A DNA stretch of 64,000 nt from assembly GCA_944392255.1 (NCBI GenBank), contig CALXVY010000006.1, positions 6,557 to 70,556 of the forward strand. Reading direction: 5' to 3'. Origin of the DNA: an uncultured Alphaproteobacteria bacterium. GTDB taxonomy: Bacteria; Pseudomonadota; Alphaproteobacteria; RF32; CAG-239. Shown here piece by piece: positions 38,113-47,396 of this stretch. The translations under genes were made by a program, and so were the position numbers. The notes under the pieces were generated by a model. It searched no databases and was not told the DNA's origin. It saw nothing but the letters and a program-made list of their open reading frames with translations. How positions within the stretch are numbered: the stretch's first letter is position 1; the number at the start of each line of letters is the position of its first letter.

Positions 38113-39126
38113 ATGAAGTTTTTTACCTTTTTTGTTTTTTTGATTGCTCTTATTTCAGGAATTTTATTTGTAAAGCAAGATAAAGCGGAATATCAGACTT
38201 TGCGCGGTTATATATTTGGGACCTATTATGTGGTGAAAGTTCGCACATCTGAACCTATTAAAGATTTTGCCGAAATGGTCGATGCTGAGTTTGATAAAGT
38301 TAATGCTCATCTTTCGGTCTTTGAAAAAAGTTCAGAACTTAACCAACTCAATTTAGCAAAAGCATTTCAGAAACAAAAAGTTTCTGCTGAATTATATTTA
38401 CTTTTGCAAGCATCGCAACAAGTTTATAAACAAAGCAACGGAATGTTTGATCCAACGGTTGGACCTTTAATCGAACTTTGGGGGTTTGGCGTTAATAAAG
38501 AGCATAAAATGCCTGATGATAAGCAAATTCAGAAGACTTTGGCCTTTGTAGGTCTAGATAAAATCGAGCTGCTTCCTAATCAAGAAGTGATGAAAATGCA
38601 GCCGAATTTGCGGCTTAATTTATCAGCTATTGCCAAAGGATATGCCGTTGATATGGTGGCTAAATCTTTGCTTGATAAAGGGTATAAAGACTTTCTGGTT
38701 GATATTGGCGGAGAAATCTATGCTGTAGGTGCTCGTAATGAAAAAGAGCAGGGGTGGAATGTGGGCATTGCCGTGCCTTCTGAAAAAGAATATGAAAATT
38801 CTTTTGCCGTGACAATAAGTAATATGGCTGTGGCAACTTCAGGAAATTATCGCAATTTTTATTATATTGATGGCAAGAAATATGCTCATACAATTAACCC
38901 TAAGACCGGATATCCTACTAGCCATAATCTACTATCAGTCAGTGTTTTTGCGCAAAACTGTATGATGGCAGATGCTTATGCCACGGCATTGATGTCTATG
39001 GGCGAAAAAGAAGGTTTGATTTTTGCCGAAAAATATGCAATTCCAGTCATTATGTTTATCGGTGATAATCCGCAAACGGCTGAAATTATTTATTCAACGA
39101 CGGCAAAATCTTTAGTGGAGAAGTAA
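38113..39126 (+). CDS. apbE: FAD:protein FMN transferase ApbE
   Basis: MFDPTVGPLIELWGFG, LSAIAKGYAVD, DIGGEI, ATSGNYRN, HTINPKTG, and ADAYATAL. Confidence 0.9.
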   Translation: MKFFTFFVFLIALISGILFVKQDKAEYQTLRGYIFGTYYVVKVRTSEPIKDFAEMVDAEFDKVNAHLSVFEKSSELNQLNLAKAFQKQKVSAELYLLLQASQQVYKQSNGMFDPTVGPLIELWGFGVNKEHKMPDDKQIQKTLAFVGLDKIELLPNQEVMKMQPNLRLNLSAIAKGYAVDMVAKSLLDKGYKDFLVDIGGEIYAVGARNEKEQGWNVGIAVPSEKEYENSFAVTISNMAVATSGNYRNFYYIDGKKYAHTINPKTGYPTSHNLLSVSVFAQNCMMADAYATALMSMGEKEGLIFAEKYAIPVIMFIGDNPQTAEIIYSTTAKSLVEK

Positions 39127-39130
39127 AATA

Positions 39131-39547
39131 ATGCACGAAATTAAGCATAAAGCAAAAATTGTTCAAGTGTTGCCTAATTTTGTTGAAGCAGAAATAGAAG
39201 TTAAATCGGCTTGTGCTCACTGCGCTTTGCAAAAGGCTTGTCAAATGCATGAGGTGTCGCAACGCAAAATCATTATTCCACTTGAGCAAGGTAAAATTTA
39301 TCAGGTTGGCGAGGTGGTCAATGTGTCTATATCTTTAGAAGAAGGAATGCTCGCCGCTTTTTATGCTTATGTTTTACCTTTGATTTTGGTTCTTTTAACG
39401 CTCTTTATAAGCCTTATGAGCGGGGTAAGTGAAATTATAAGTGGAATATGTAGCATAATTGTCTTGATTCCATATTATTTTGGAGTATTTTTGAAAAAGA
39501 ATTTTTTTGCAAGAAAGCTTAACTTTAAAATTATCGACAAAGAATAA
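39131..39547 (+). CDS. RseC/MucC family (SoxR-reducing-system type) membrane protein
   Basis: N-terminal CxxC (SACAHCALQKAC) followed by two TMs. Sits directly upstream of rnfB. Confidence 0.7.
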   Translation: MHEIKHKAKIVQVLPNFVEAEIEVKSACAHCALQKACQMHEVSQRKIIIPLEQGKIYQVGEVVNVSISLEEGMLAAFYAYVLPLILVLLTLFISLMSGVSEIISGICSIIVLIPYYFGVFLKKNFFARKLNFKIIDKE

Positions 39548-39573
39548 ATCTGCCAAAAATAGAGTTTTTTACT

Positions 39574-40413
39574 ATGGATATAATAGTTTCTGATGTTATA
39601 GCTTTGGGTTTAATTGCTTTTTTATCTGCTATGGTTTTGTATTTTGTTTCACAAAAATTCAAAGTAGAAGAAAATCCAAAAATTGATGAAATAGAGCAAA
39701 TTTTACCCGGAGCCAATTGCGGTGCTTGCGGAAAAGCTGGATGTCGTAATTTTGCAGAAGCTTGTATTAAAGCCGATGCCGAAGGTTTTAAAAATTTATA
39801 TTGTCCGGTCGGCGGGGCTTCAACGATGAAAAAAGTGGCAGATTCTCTGGGCTTTATTGCAACAGAAAAAGAAGAAACCGTTGCTGTTCTCAAATGTAAC
39901 GGTACTTGTCAAAATGCACCAGCTAAATTGGCTTATGATGCTCCGGTATCCTGTCGTTTAGCAAACTTAATTTCCGTTGGTCAAAGTGGATGTCCTAATG
40001 GTTGTTTGCGCCAAGGAGATTGTGTTAAAGCTTGTCCTTTCGGGGCTCTTTCAATTAATCCTGAAACAGGTATTCCACAAGTCGATGAAACAAAATGCAC
40101 TTCTTGTGGGGCTTGCGTTAAAATGTGTCCGCGCGGTTTGTTCGAAATTCGCCCCAAAGGCAAAAATGGTCAACGTGTTTATGTGGCTTGTAGTAACAAA
40201 CAAAAAGGTGCTGTCGCTCGTAAAAACTGTAGCGCAGCTTGTATTGGATGTATGAAATGCACCAAAATTTGCGATAAAATCAAAGTTGAAAACAATTTGT
40301 CTTATATTCCTGTGTCGGTATCGGCTCAAGAATTTGGGGCAGAATTGGTCAGAACTTGCCCAACCGGTGCTATTGTTATGACTGGTGTTGAAAAGGAGAA
40401 TGCTCATGACTAA
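39574..40413 (+). CDS. rnfB: Rnf complex subunit B
   Basis: N-terminal TM, CGACGKAGC cluster, and several CxxCxxCxxxCP ferredoxin motifs. Confidence 0.9.
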   Translation: MDIIVSDVIALGLIAFLSAMVLYFVSQKFKVEENPKIDEIEQILPGANCGACGKAGCRNFAEACIKADAEGFKNLYCPVGGASTMKKVADSLGFIATEKEETVAVLKCNGTCQNAPAKLAYDAPVSCRLANLISVGQSGCPNGCLRQGDCVKACPFGALSINPETGIPQVDETKCTSCGACVKMCPRGLFEIRPKGKNGQRVYVACSNKQKGAVARKNCSAACIGCMKCTKICDKIKVENNLSYIPVSVSAQEFGAELVRTCPTGAIVMTGVEKENAHD

Positions 40414-41731
40414 AACTTTTCCAATCGGCGGTATTCATCCAAACAAGCATAAAATTACCTCAGCAAGTCCGATTATTGATGCCGGTTTGCCGGAATATGT
40501 TTATATTCCCTTAAAACAACATACAGGTGCTCCGGCTAAAATTTTGGTTAAAAAAGGCGATAAAGTTAAAGTTGGAACTCTTCTTGCCGATGCCGATGGT
40601 ATTGTTTCTTCAGATATTCATTCTTCTGTTTCCGGAGAAGTCATTAAAATTGATGATGTGAAAGATGCTCTTGGCTACGATGAAAAAATGATTGTTATTA
40701 AAGTTGAAGGTGATGAATTTGAACCTTCTATCAATCAAAATTCTGACATTATCAAAGATATTCCATTCTCTTCAGAAGAAATTATTCAAAAAATCAGAGA
40801 AGCCGGCATTGTTGGTATGGGCGGCGCCGGTTTTCCAACTCCGGTAAAAACAACCATTCCCGAAGGTAAAAAAGTTGATTACCTGATTGTCAACGGTATT
40901 GAATGTGAGCCATGGTTGACCGCAGATGATAGACTTATGATTGAACATGCCGAAGAAATTGTTATCGGAGCTAAAATCTTAAACAAAATTTTTGGTATTC
41001 AAAATGCTATTATTGCTATTGATGAAAATAAACCAGAAGCCATTGAAATCGTGCAAAATATTACCAGACGTTATGTTGGTGTAAATGTTCGCGTTTGCAA
41101 AACAAAATATCCGCAAGGTGGTGAAAAACAGCTTGTTGCAGCTATCACCGGTCGCGAAGTGCCTTCAGGTAAATTACCGATTGATGCCGGTTGCATCGTT
41201 CAAAATGTAGGTACTGTCTTTGCTGTTTATGAAGCTGTTATGAAAAATAAACCTCTGTTTGAACGTATTGTTACCGTGAGTGGAGATGAATGTGCTACTC
41301 CGCAAAATTTCAAAGTCAGAGTTGGAACTCCTGCTTCTTTCTTAATTGAAAAATGCGGTGGAATTCCTGATGAAACGGCAGAAATTATTTTTGGTGGCCC
41401 GATGATGGGACAAACTATTATCAATATTGATGCTCCGATTACAAAATTGACGTCGGGTATCTTATTGTTATCTGAACAAGAAACGCATCGTCCGGATATG
41501 ATGGATTGTATTCGTTGCGGAAAATGCGTCGATGCTTGTCCAATGGGGCTTCGTCCGTTTCTTATCGGAATTTGTGTGCGTAACAATATGATTGATGAAC
41601 TCAAAAATATTCATGCCATGGATTGTATTGAATGCGGCTGTTGCGCTTATATTTGTCCGGCTCGTATTCCTTTGCTTGATTTTTGTAAATTGGGCAAAAT
41701 TGAAATAAGAAAAAAACAAAAAGGAAAATAA
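40406..41731 (+). CDS. rnfC: Rnf complex subunit C
   Basis: GIVGMGGAGFPT NADH/FMN site, and CIRCGKCVDACP / CIECGCCAYICP. ATG 40406 follows AAGGAGA. Confidence 0.92.
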   Translation: MTKTFPIGGIHPNKHKITSASPIIDAGLPEYVYIPLKQHTGAPAKILVKKGDKVKVGTLLADADGIVSSDIHSSVSGEVIKIDDVKDALGYDEKMIVIKVEGDEFEPSINQNSDIIKDIPFSSEEIIQKIREAGIVGMGGAGFPTPVKTTIPEGKKVDYLIVNGIECEPWLTADDRLMIEHAEEIVIGAKILNKIFGIQNAIIAIDENKPEAIEIVQNITRRYVGVNVRVCKTKYPQGGEKQLVAAITGREVPSGKLPIDAGCIVQNVGTVFAVYEAVMKNKPLFERIVTVSGDECATPQNFKVRVGTPASFLIEKCGGIPDETAEIIFGGPMMGQTIINIDAPITKLTSGILLLSEQETHRPDMMDCIRCGKCVDACPMGLRPFLIGICVRNNMIDELKNIHAMDCIECGCCAYICPARIPLLDFCKLGKIEIRKKQKGK

Positions 41732-41732
41732 A

Positions 41733-42734
41733 ATGTTGAAAGTTGCAACTGCACCGCATATGTTTTCTCCGGTTGATACGCAACGCCTTATGCTTGACGT
41801 GGTTATTGCCATGTTGCCGGCGGCCTTTGTTGCGGTAGCTTTTTTTGGTTTGAATGCATTGATTGTTATTCTCAGCTCAATAGCTGCCTGCGTTATGTGG
41901 GAATATTTGTTTGTACGCTATTTACTCAAACAAAAGTCGACCATAAATAACTATTCTGCGATTATTACCGGTATGTTGCTTGCCTTTAATCTTCCGGCTA
42001 CAATGCCAATTTGGATGGTGCTTATTGGCGCTTTTGTGGCAATTGTAGTAGCTAAAATGGCTTTTGGTGGTTTGGGAAAAAATATTTTCAATCCGGCTCT
42101 GGTTGGCCGTGTTTTCTTGTTCATTTCTTTTCCGGTACAAATGACTATGTGGATGAAACCAAATTGGCATGATTTTTTCAACACTGACATTCAAACCGCT
42201 GCAACAACTTTAGGAATTCTCAAACACTTAGATGCATCTTCTTCAGCTACTTCTTTAACTCATGAAGTTGAAGCAATTCATGATATTCCTGATTATTGGC
42301 AAATGTTTGTTGGCTATACCGGCGGGTCTTTGGGTGAGGTTTCTGCTTTGGCTTTACTTTTGGGCGGAGCTTATCTTTTGTATCGCCGTGTCATTACTTG
42401 GCATGTGCCTTTTTACTATCTGGCAACTATGTTTATTTTAACATCAATTATGTGGCTTTTTACCGATGATGTTCGCTATGAACCTTTAACGCACTTATTA
42501 TCAGGTGGCTTGATGTTGGGGGCTATTTTTATGGCAACAGATTACACAACCTCTCCAATGTCTATTAAAGGAAAGGTTATTTTTGCTATTGGTTGTGGTT
42601 TGCTCACCTTTATCATTCGTTTTTACAGCGCTTATCCAGAAGGTGTGTCTTTTGCTATTTTGATTATGAATGCCTTTGTACCTTTAATTGATAAGTTCTT
42701 TTATCCGCGCGTTTATGGAACGGGGAGAAAGTAA
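41733..42734 (+). CDS. rnfD: Rnf complex subunit D
   Basis: Polytopic NqrB/RnfD pattern. Flavinylation-type motif DIQTAAT. Confidence 0.9.
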   Translation: MLKVATAPHMFSPVDTQRLMLDVVIAMLPAAFVAVAFFGLNALIVILSSIAACVMWEYLFVRYLLKQKSTINNYSAIITGMLLAFNLPATMPIWMVLIGAFVAIVVAKMAFGGLGKNIFNPALVGRVFLFISFPVQMTMWMKPNWHDFFNTDIQTAATTLGILKHLDASSSATSLTHEVEAIHDIPDYWQMFVGYTGGSLGEVSALALLLGGAYLLYRRVITWHVPFYYLATMFILTSIMWLFTDDVRYEPLTHLLSGGLMLGAIFMATDYTTSPMSIKGKVIFAIGCGLLTFIIRFYSAYPEGVSFAILIMNAFVPLIDKFFYPRVYGTGRK

Positions 42735-42735
42735 A

Positions 42736-43326
42736 ATGTCTAAACCTATAAAATCTACAGCTTTTTCAATGGCTTTTGTTCTTGTTTGTGTTTCCGCTTT
42801 TTCGGCTTTGGTCTTAGGTAGTGTGTATCAATTGACATTGGAACCAATTAAACAAGCAAAAAGTAATCGAGAGCTTGAAGCTATTCGCGATGTTGTCTAT
42901 GGTGATTTTTCAAATAATCCTTATGAAGAACGCCATGAAATTTCTGTTTCTCATGATAAAGGAAAAGTAGATTTATTTCCGGCACGAGACGAAAATGGAA
43001 AAATCACATCGGTTGCGATTAAAACTTATAGTAAAAATGGTTTCGGAGGTAGAATCGAAATGATGCTCGGGCTTATGGTCGACGGAACTATCAATAAATA
43101 TAAAATCATTGAACAGAAAGAAACTCCGGGATTGGGAACTAAAATTACCGAAAGCCGTTTCAGTGACCAGTTTCATGGTATGAATCCCGGTAAGATGGTC
43201 TTTAAAGTAAAGCAAGATGGTGGCGAAATTGATGCTATTACCGCGGCAACTATCAGTTCTCGCGCCGTGGTTGATGCTATTCAACGCGGTTATGATGCCT
43301 TAAATAAACTCAGTACGGGAAACTAA
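42736..43326 (+). CDS. rnfG: Rnf complex subunit G
   Basis: N-terminal TM and an FMN-binding domain with [13 protein letters not shown] 42736 comes right after the rnfD stop. Confidence 0.88.
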   Translation: MSKPIKSTAFSMAFVLVCVSAFSALVLGSVYQLTLEPIKQAKSNRELEAIRDVVYGDFSNNPYEERHEISVSHDKGKVDLFPARDENGKITSVAIKTYSKNGFGGRIEMMLGLMVDGTINKYKIIEQKETPGLGTKITESRFSDQFHGMNPGKMVFKVKQDGGEIDAITAATISSRAVVDAIQRGYDALNKLSTGN

Positions 43327-43327
43327 A

Positions 43328-43927
43328 ATGAACCAAACCAGTTATGAAAATTTGACACGTGGTATTATTAGAGAGAATCCGACATTTGTCATGCTTCTCG
43401 GTATGTGTCCAACTCTTGGTGTGACAACATCTGCCCTGAATGGCTTAGGAATGGGAATTGCCACGCTTTTTGTTTTATTGCTTTCTAATTGTGCAATTTC
43501 TTTAGTTAAGAATATTATCCCTAATAAAGTGCGTATTCCTTGCTTTATTGTAATTGCAGCTACTTTTGTTACAGTAGTGGATTTATTAATGGCAGCCTAT
43601 TTTCCAAATTTGCATGCCACTTTAGGTATCTTTATTCCGCTTATTGTGGTTAACTGTTTGATTTTGGGACGAGCAGAAGCTTTTGCTTCTAAAAATTCGG
43701 TTTTTCAATCGGCTCTTGATGCTTTGGGCATGGGAATAGGTTTTACCTTGGCTTTGACTTTATTGGGTTTGGTTCGTGAAGTTTTGGGCTCTGGCTCTGC
43801 TTTTGGATATAGCTTTGTGGAAGAGGGCGCCGAAACAATGTTGATGTTTATTATGCCTCCCGGAGCATTTTTGGCTTTGGCAGGTTTGATTGTGTTGGTT
43901 AATCAATTGAGAGGAGCCAATAAATGA
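43328..43927 (+). CDS. rnfE: Rnf complex subunit E
   Basis: [11 protein letters not shown] and [21 protein letters not shown]. Confidence 0.9.
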   Translation: MNQTSYENLTRGIIRENPTFVMLLGMCPTLGVTTSALNGLGMGIATLFVLLLSNCAISLVKNIIPNKVRIPCFIVIAATFVTVVDLLMAAYFPNLHATLGIFIPLIVVNCLILGRAEAFASKNSVFQSALDALGMGIGFTLALTLLGLVREVLGSGSAFGYSFVEEGAETMLMFIMPPGAFLALAGLIVLVNQLRGANK

Positions 43928-44499
43928 GTTATTTGATGATTTTTATTACAGCAATTTTTGTTAATAATATTGTTTTATCACAATTTTTAGGAATTTGTCC
44001 GTTTTTAGGCGTTTCTAAAAAAATCTCTACGGCAGCCGGTATGGGTGGGGCTGTAATGTTTGTGATGGTTTTGTCAACCATTGTTACATATTTAGTATAT
44101 CATGGCATTTTGCTTCCGTATAATTTGACATTTATGATTACGGTGGTGTTTATTTTAGTTATTGCTTCTCTTGTACAAATGGTTGAAATTATTTTGAAAA
44201 AAATGTCACCAACTTTATATCAGGCTTTGGGAATTTTCTTACCTCTTATTACAACTAACTGTACTGTATTAGGTGTATCTTTATTGGTTGTACAAAAGGA
44301 TTTTGATTTATCTCATGGTGTTTGTTTTGCTTTGGCAAATTCGTTAGGTTTTACTTTGGCAATTATCTTATTTGCCGGTTTAAGAGAGCGTTTGGCATTG
44401 GTGGTTCTGCCTAAGGCTGTACAAGGAGCTCCAATAGCGCTGATTACAGCGGGATTGTTATCTATGGCGTTTATGGGATTTTCGGGAATTGGAAATTAA
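43924..44499 (+). CDS. rnfA: Rnf complex subunit A
   Basis: [18 protein letters not shown] and [17 protein letters not shown]. Confidence 0.9.
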   Translation: MSYLMIFITAIFVNNIVLSQFLGICPFLGVSKKISTAAGMGGAVMFVMVLSTIVTYLVYHGILLPYNLTFMITVVFILVIASLVQMVEIILKKMSPTLYQALGIFLPLITTNCTVLGVSLLVVQKDFDLSHGVCFALANSLGFTLAIILFAGLRERLALVVLPKAVQGAPIALITAGLLSMAFMGFSGIGN

Positions 44500-44503
44500 T
44501 AGA

Positions 44504-44640
44504 TATCCCCCAGTAAACTGGGGGTTCTATAACAGCTACAAACCTTACGGTTTGACCACGCTCGTTGGCGTGGAGCGGTGTTGTTCCAACACCTTGGCAT
44601 TCAGCCCCGAGTAAACTCGGGGTTTTCTGTAAGGCAACTA
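44504..44640 (+). ncRNA. Candidate structured RNA / rnfA 3'-UTR element (five consecutive hairpins)
   Basis: H1 is CCCCCAG-TAAA-CTGGGGG (44507-44524) and H5 is CCCCGAG-TAAA-CTCGGGG (44605-44622); they differ by a compensatory pair. Between them lie AAACC-TTAC-GGTTT, CCACGC-TCGTTG-GCGTGG and GGTGTT-GTTCC-AACACC. The segment is visibly GC-richer than its surroundings. Confidence 0.3.
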
Positions 44641-44642
44641 AT

Positions 44643-44677
44643 AAAAAAGGTTTGAGAAACTTCTCAAACCTTTTTTT
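44643..44677. terminator. Bidirectional intrinsic terminator between rnfA and the convergent gene
   Basis: A6-GGTTTGAGAA..TTCTCAAACC-T7. Confidence 0.8.
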
Positions 44678-44687
44678 GATGTTTCTG

Positions 44688-45497
44688 TTAGATTTGCCAC
44701 AAATTCAATAGTGTGTCTCTGGGAACAAAAATACCATTATGCACAAATGTAACAAAATTTTGTTTGGCGTGATATATGAAATTTTGTTCTTCTTGTTCAA
44801 TTGCTCGGCGAATTTTGAACAAATTGTTTGATTTTTTTAAAGCTTCTTCAGGAGAGATTCTGTCTTCTTCTGCGCAAATATAGAATGTTTTTGTTTTTAC
44901 TATTTTGGCATTTATTTTGTAGTTTATTGAGCTGGCTGCTATACAAATGAAGTCAGCTGGATCTTTTCGTAATTTAGATAAAGCCGAATTAAAATCCAAC
45001 GCTTTCCTTTCTGCATGAAAAAAACAGCCATCACCAGCAACAAACTCAGAATCTTTTTGAATGGTTAAATTAATTTTACAATCAGCATCTATTGCATCTT
45101 GATTGATAAGTTCTAAATATCTGTCCTTCAAAGCAATAAATTCACCATTATAAATTTCACCAATTTCCCGCGCTCTTTTAGAAAATAAAAAACTTCGATT
45201 GCTATATTTTTTATCATACATAAAGTCGTAAGGAACTTTAAGCCATTTGTCGTTTATGGCTCGATACCAGAGCTCTTTATATGGTCGGATATCGGCAAGA
45301 TAAATTCTTTTTATCTTGTTTCTTAAAACTTGTTTGTTACCATCAATTGTGAATATCATATCAGCAAAATATTCTACAAAAAACAGCTTTTCCTTAACCA
45401 TTCCTTGCAAAGCCTGATAAAAATTTGTGTAAATAAAATATTGATCTTTTTTGGATCCGCGAAACATCGGGATTGAAAATAATACATCTTTTTCCAT
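44688..45497 (-). CDS. Hypothetical protein (269 aa)
   Basis: Long open frame in AT-rich DNA, ordinary composition, terminator downstream. No motif recognised. Confidence 0.7.
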   Translation of the reverse strand: MEKDVLFSIPMFRGSKKDQYFIYTNFYQALQGMVKEKLFFVEYFADMIFTIDGNKQVLRNKIKRIYLADIRPYKELWYRAINDKWLKVPYDFMYDKKYSNRSFLFSKRAREIGEIYNGEFIALKDRYLELINQDAIDADCKINLTIQKDSEFVAGDGCFFHAERKALDFNSALSKLRKDPADFICIAASSINYKINAKIVKTKTFYICAEEDRISPEEALKKSNNLFKIRRAIEQEEQNFIYHAKQNFVTFVHNGIFVPRDTLLNLWQI

Positions 45498-45555
45498 AAC
45501 TATAATAATTAATAAAACAAGTATATAAAAAACTATTTTGTCCAGAAAAGCAAGC

Positions 45556-46194
45556 TTATTTTATCAAATTTAAAATATTTCTTATAACATCTCGGAACAT
45601 TTCAGGTGTCAAAACTCCGGTGTTTATATTATAACGAGATGTGTGATATGAATTTACCATTAAAAGATTATGTTTGTCTAAATTATGTACGGCATTGTGT
45701 GCAAATTTGAATGCGGCTTTTTTATATCCCAAAACGCCTAATACAGCATTGTGAGCAACGCCTCCCAAAGTGAGGATTATTTTTAGATTTTTCATATCAC
45801 CGATTTCTTCAATCAAAAATTTTCCACAAGTTTTAACTTCTTCTCCGGTAACCAGATTTTTGGGCGGGGCGCAACGGACAGAATTGGTGATACGTACATT
45901 TATAAGCTCAAAACCATCGTCTTTTCTTTTTTGATAATCTCCCTTTGCCAAGCCGAATTCTTTCAAAATTGGATATAAAACATCTCCTGCGTAATCATTG
46001 GTAAAGGGGCGGGCGGTTTGATTGGCTCCGTTTAACCCTGGGGCAAGGCCAACAATTAAAATCTGCGCATCTAAATTACCAAAAGGAGGAACAGGACCAT
46101 TATAATAGGTCGGAAATTTTAAACGATTATTCATGCGGTATTCTACTAATCTGGGACAAAGATTGCAATCGCGGTTTGGGCATATAAATGTCAT
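45556..46194 (-). CDS. Uracil-DNA glycosylase superfamily protein, family 4/5-like (UdgB-like motifs)
   Basis: N-terminal Cys pair CPNRDCNLCP. Motif A LIVGLAPGLNGANQTARPFTNDYAGDVL. Motif B SYHTSRYN. Confidence 0.8.
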   Translation of the reverse strand: MTFICPNRDCNLCPRLVEYRMNNRLKFPTYYNGPVPPFGNLDAQILIVGLAPGLNGANQTARPFTNDYAGDVLYPILKEFGLAKGDYQKRKDDGFELINVRITNSVRCAPPKNLVTGEEVKTCGKFLIEEIGDMKNLKIILTLGGVAHNAVLGVLGYKKAAFKFAHNAVHNLDKHNLLMVNSYHTSRYNINTGVLTPEMFRDVIRNILNLIK

Positions 46195-46303
46195 TTTATT
46201 CCTCCTTTATTTTATCTGTGTATTATATATAAAAAAGTTCCAAGTTAAATGTTTTTTTTGTTAATGTTTCTATATTATGAATAACTAAAGAGAAGAGGGT
46301 GCT

Positions 46304-46648
46304 ATGCGCAAAAAATCTACTTATTTGCTTTTACTGGCCATTATTGCAATTGTGGTCGTTCTGGCTTATATCATGAATATAGTAATGATAAAGAATATTG
46401 TTTCCGGGGTTGTTGCAAATATTCAAAGTCCTTGGATTTTGGCTTTGGGTGCTGCCGCAGCTTTTATTTTAACCGATAATAAGTACTATTGGTTTATGAA
46501 TATTGCTTGCGGTATTTTAGCTGCGATTATTTTGCAAATATTTGTTTATGGCGGAATGGTAACTTTTTGGGTGGTTTTATACAAAACTTTAGCCTTTTTA
46601 ACAGTTGTTTATGTTCTTAATTTAGCTAAAATTTTGATAACCAGATAA
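46304..46648 (+). CDS. Small polytopic membrane protein (114 aa)
   Basis: SD AGAGGG. Four hydrophobic segments. Terminator hairpin at 46673-46727. Confidence 0.6.
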   Translation: MRKKSTYLLLLAIIAIVVVLAYIMNIVMIKNIVSGVVANIQSPWILALGAAAAFILTDNKYYWFMNIACGILAAIILQIFVYGGMVTFWVVLYKTLAFLTVVYVLNLAKILITR

Positions 46649-46770
46649 AAATAAGCAATATGATTTTATATAATGCGCTTTTAGTTCTTGCATAATTAGA
46701 ATTAAAAGCGTATTTTTTATCTAGTTGAAAATTATTCTTTCTATTAGTAACCTTTAAAAAAAATATATAT

Positions 46771-46950
46771 ATGAAGAAAAAAATATTTATAAGTTTGATT
46801 ATCCTATTTGTTTGTGGAATTTTGTTTTCATCTTGTGCCATATTTAAGCATCATGATCCTAGAGAAGATATGATTATGTATATGATGTTTAAAGATATTT
46901 CAGCAATGAATGACGTATCAAATGAACAAAATTTTGTGGATAATCAATAG
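46771..46950 (+). CDS. Small putative lipoprotein (59 aa; below the ORF-track cutoff)
   Basis: MKKKIFISLIILFVCGILFSSC signal plus lipobox-like Cys. Hairpin and T-run downstream. No clear SD. Confidence 0.45.
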   Translation: MKKKIFISLIILFVCGILFSSCAIFKHHDPREDMIMYMMFKDISAMNDVSNEQNFVDNQ

Positions 46951-47090
46951 TTTTTTAAGTAAGGCATAGATAGATTTTCTTTCTATTTATGCTTTTTTTG
47001 TATAATTAGACAAAAAAATACTTGTCCGAGGGCGTTTTTTGTGATATATATTTTTTTCAGAACAAAATTATTTTAATTATTTATATAGAT

Positions 47091-47396
47091 ATGAAGAGAC
47101 TTATTTTTTCCGCAATTTGCGGGATTATGCTGTTTGCAACATTGTTGGGAACAGCGTGCGGCAATGTAAAAAATGAAAATTATGTTTCCAAGGACAAGGT
47201 AGAATTTGCCATTGATCCTTTGGATGCAAAAATTGCCGAAATTGAGATGAAAAACAGTTCTCTTTTCTCTATTAAAGGAGAGGAGCAGATTGATGAAACG
47301 GACGAGGCCATAATTCGCCATTGTCCGGTAAAATTTGTAAATAGCGAAAGCGGTGAGGTTATAGATACCGTTTTTGTTATTACAGAAAATTATTAA
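47091..47396 (+). CDS. Putative lipoprotein (101 aa)
   Basis: MKRLIFSAICGIMLFATLLGTAC lipobox. Strong terminator AAAGCGCAT..ATGCGCTTTTTTTT at about 47401-47445. The track ORF is over-extended at its 5' end. Confidence 0.6.
   Translation: MKRLIFSAICGIMLFATLLGTACGNVKNENYVSKDKVEFAIDPLDAKIAEIEMKNSSLFSIKGEEQIDETDEAIIRHCPVKFVNSESGEVIDTVFVITENY

Noticed and set aside
44507-44622. The two near-identical hairpins considered as a CRISPR-like or tandem repeat array.
   Set aside because: There are only two copies, each 18 nt, and no cas genes in the window. They are treated as a structured element or duplicated terminator instead. I saw no CRISPR array anywhere in the 64 kb.
46626-46841. 71-aa minus-strand ORF.
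   Set aside because: It overlaps a terminator hairpin and the start of the plus-strand lipoprotein ORF. Its sequence is an AT-rich translation artefact (IFFFIYIFFLK).
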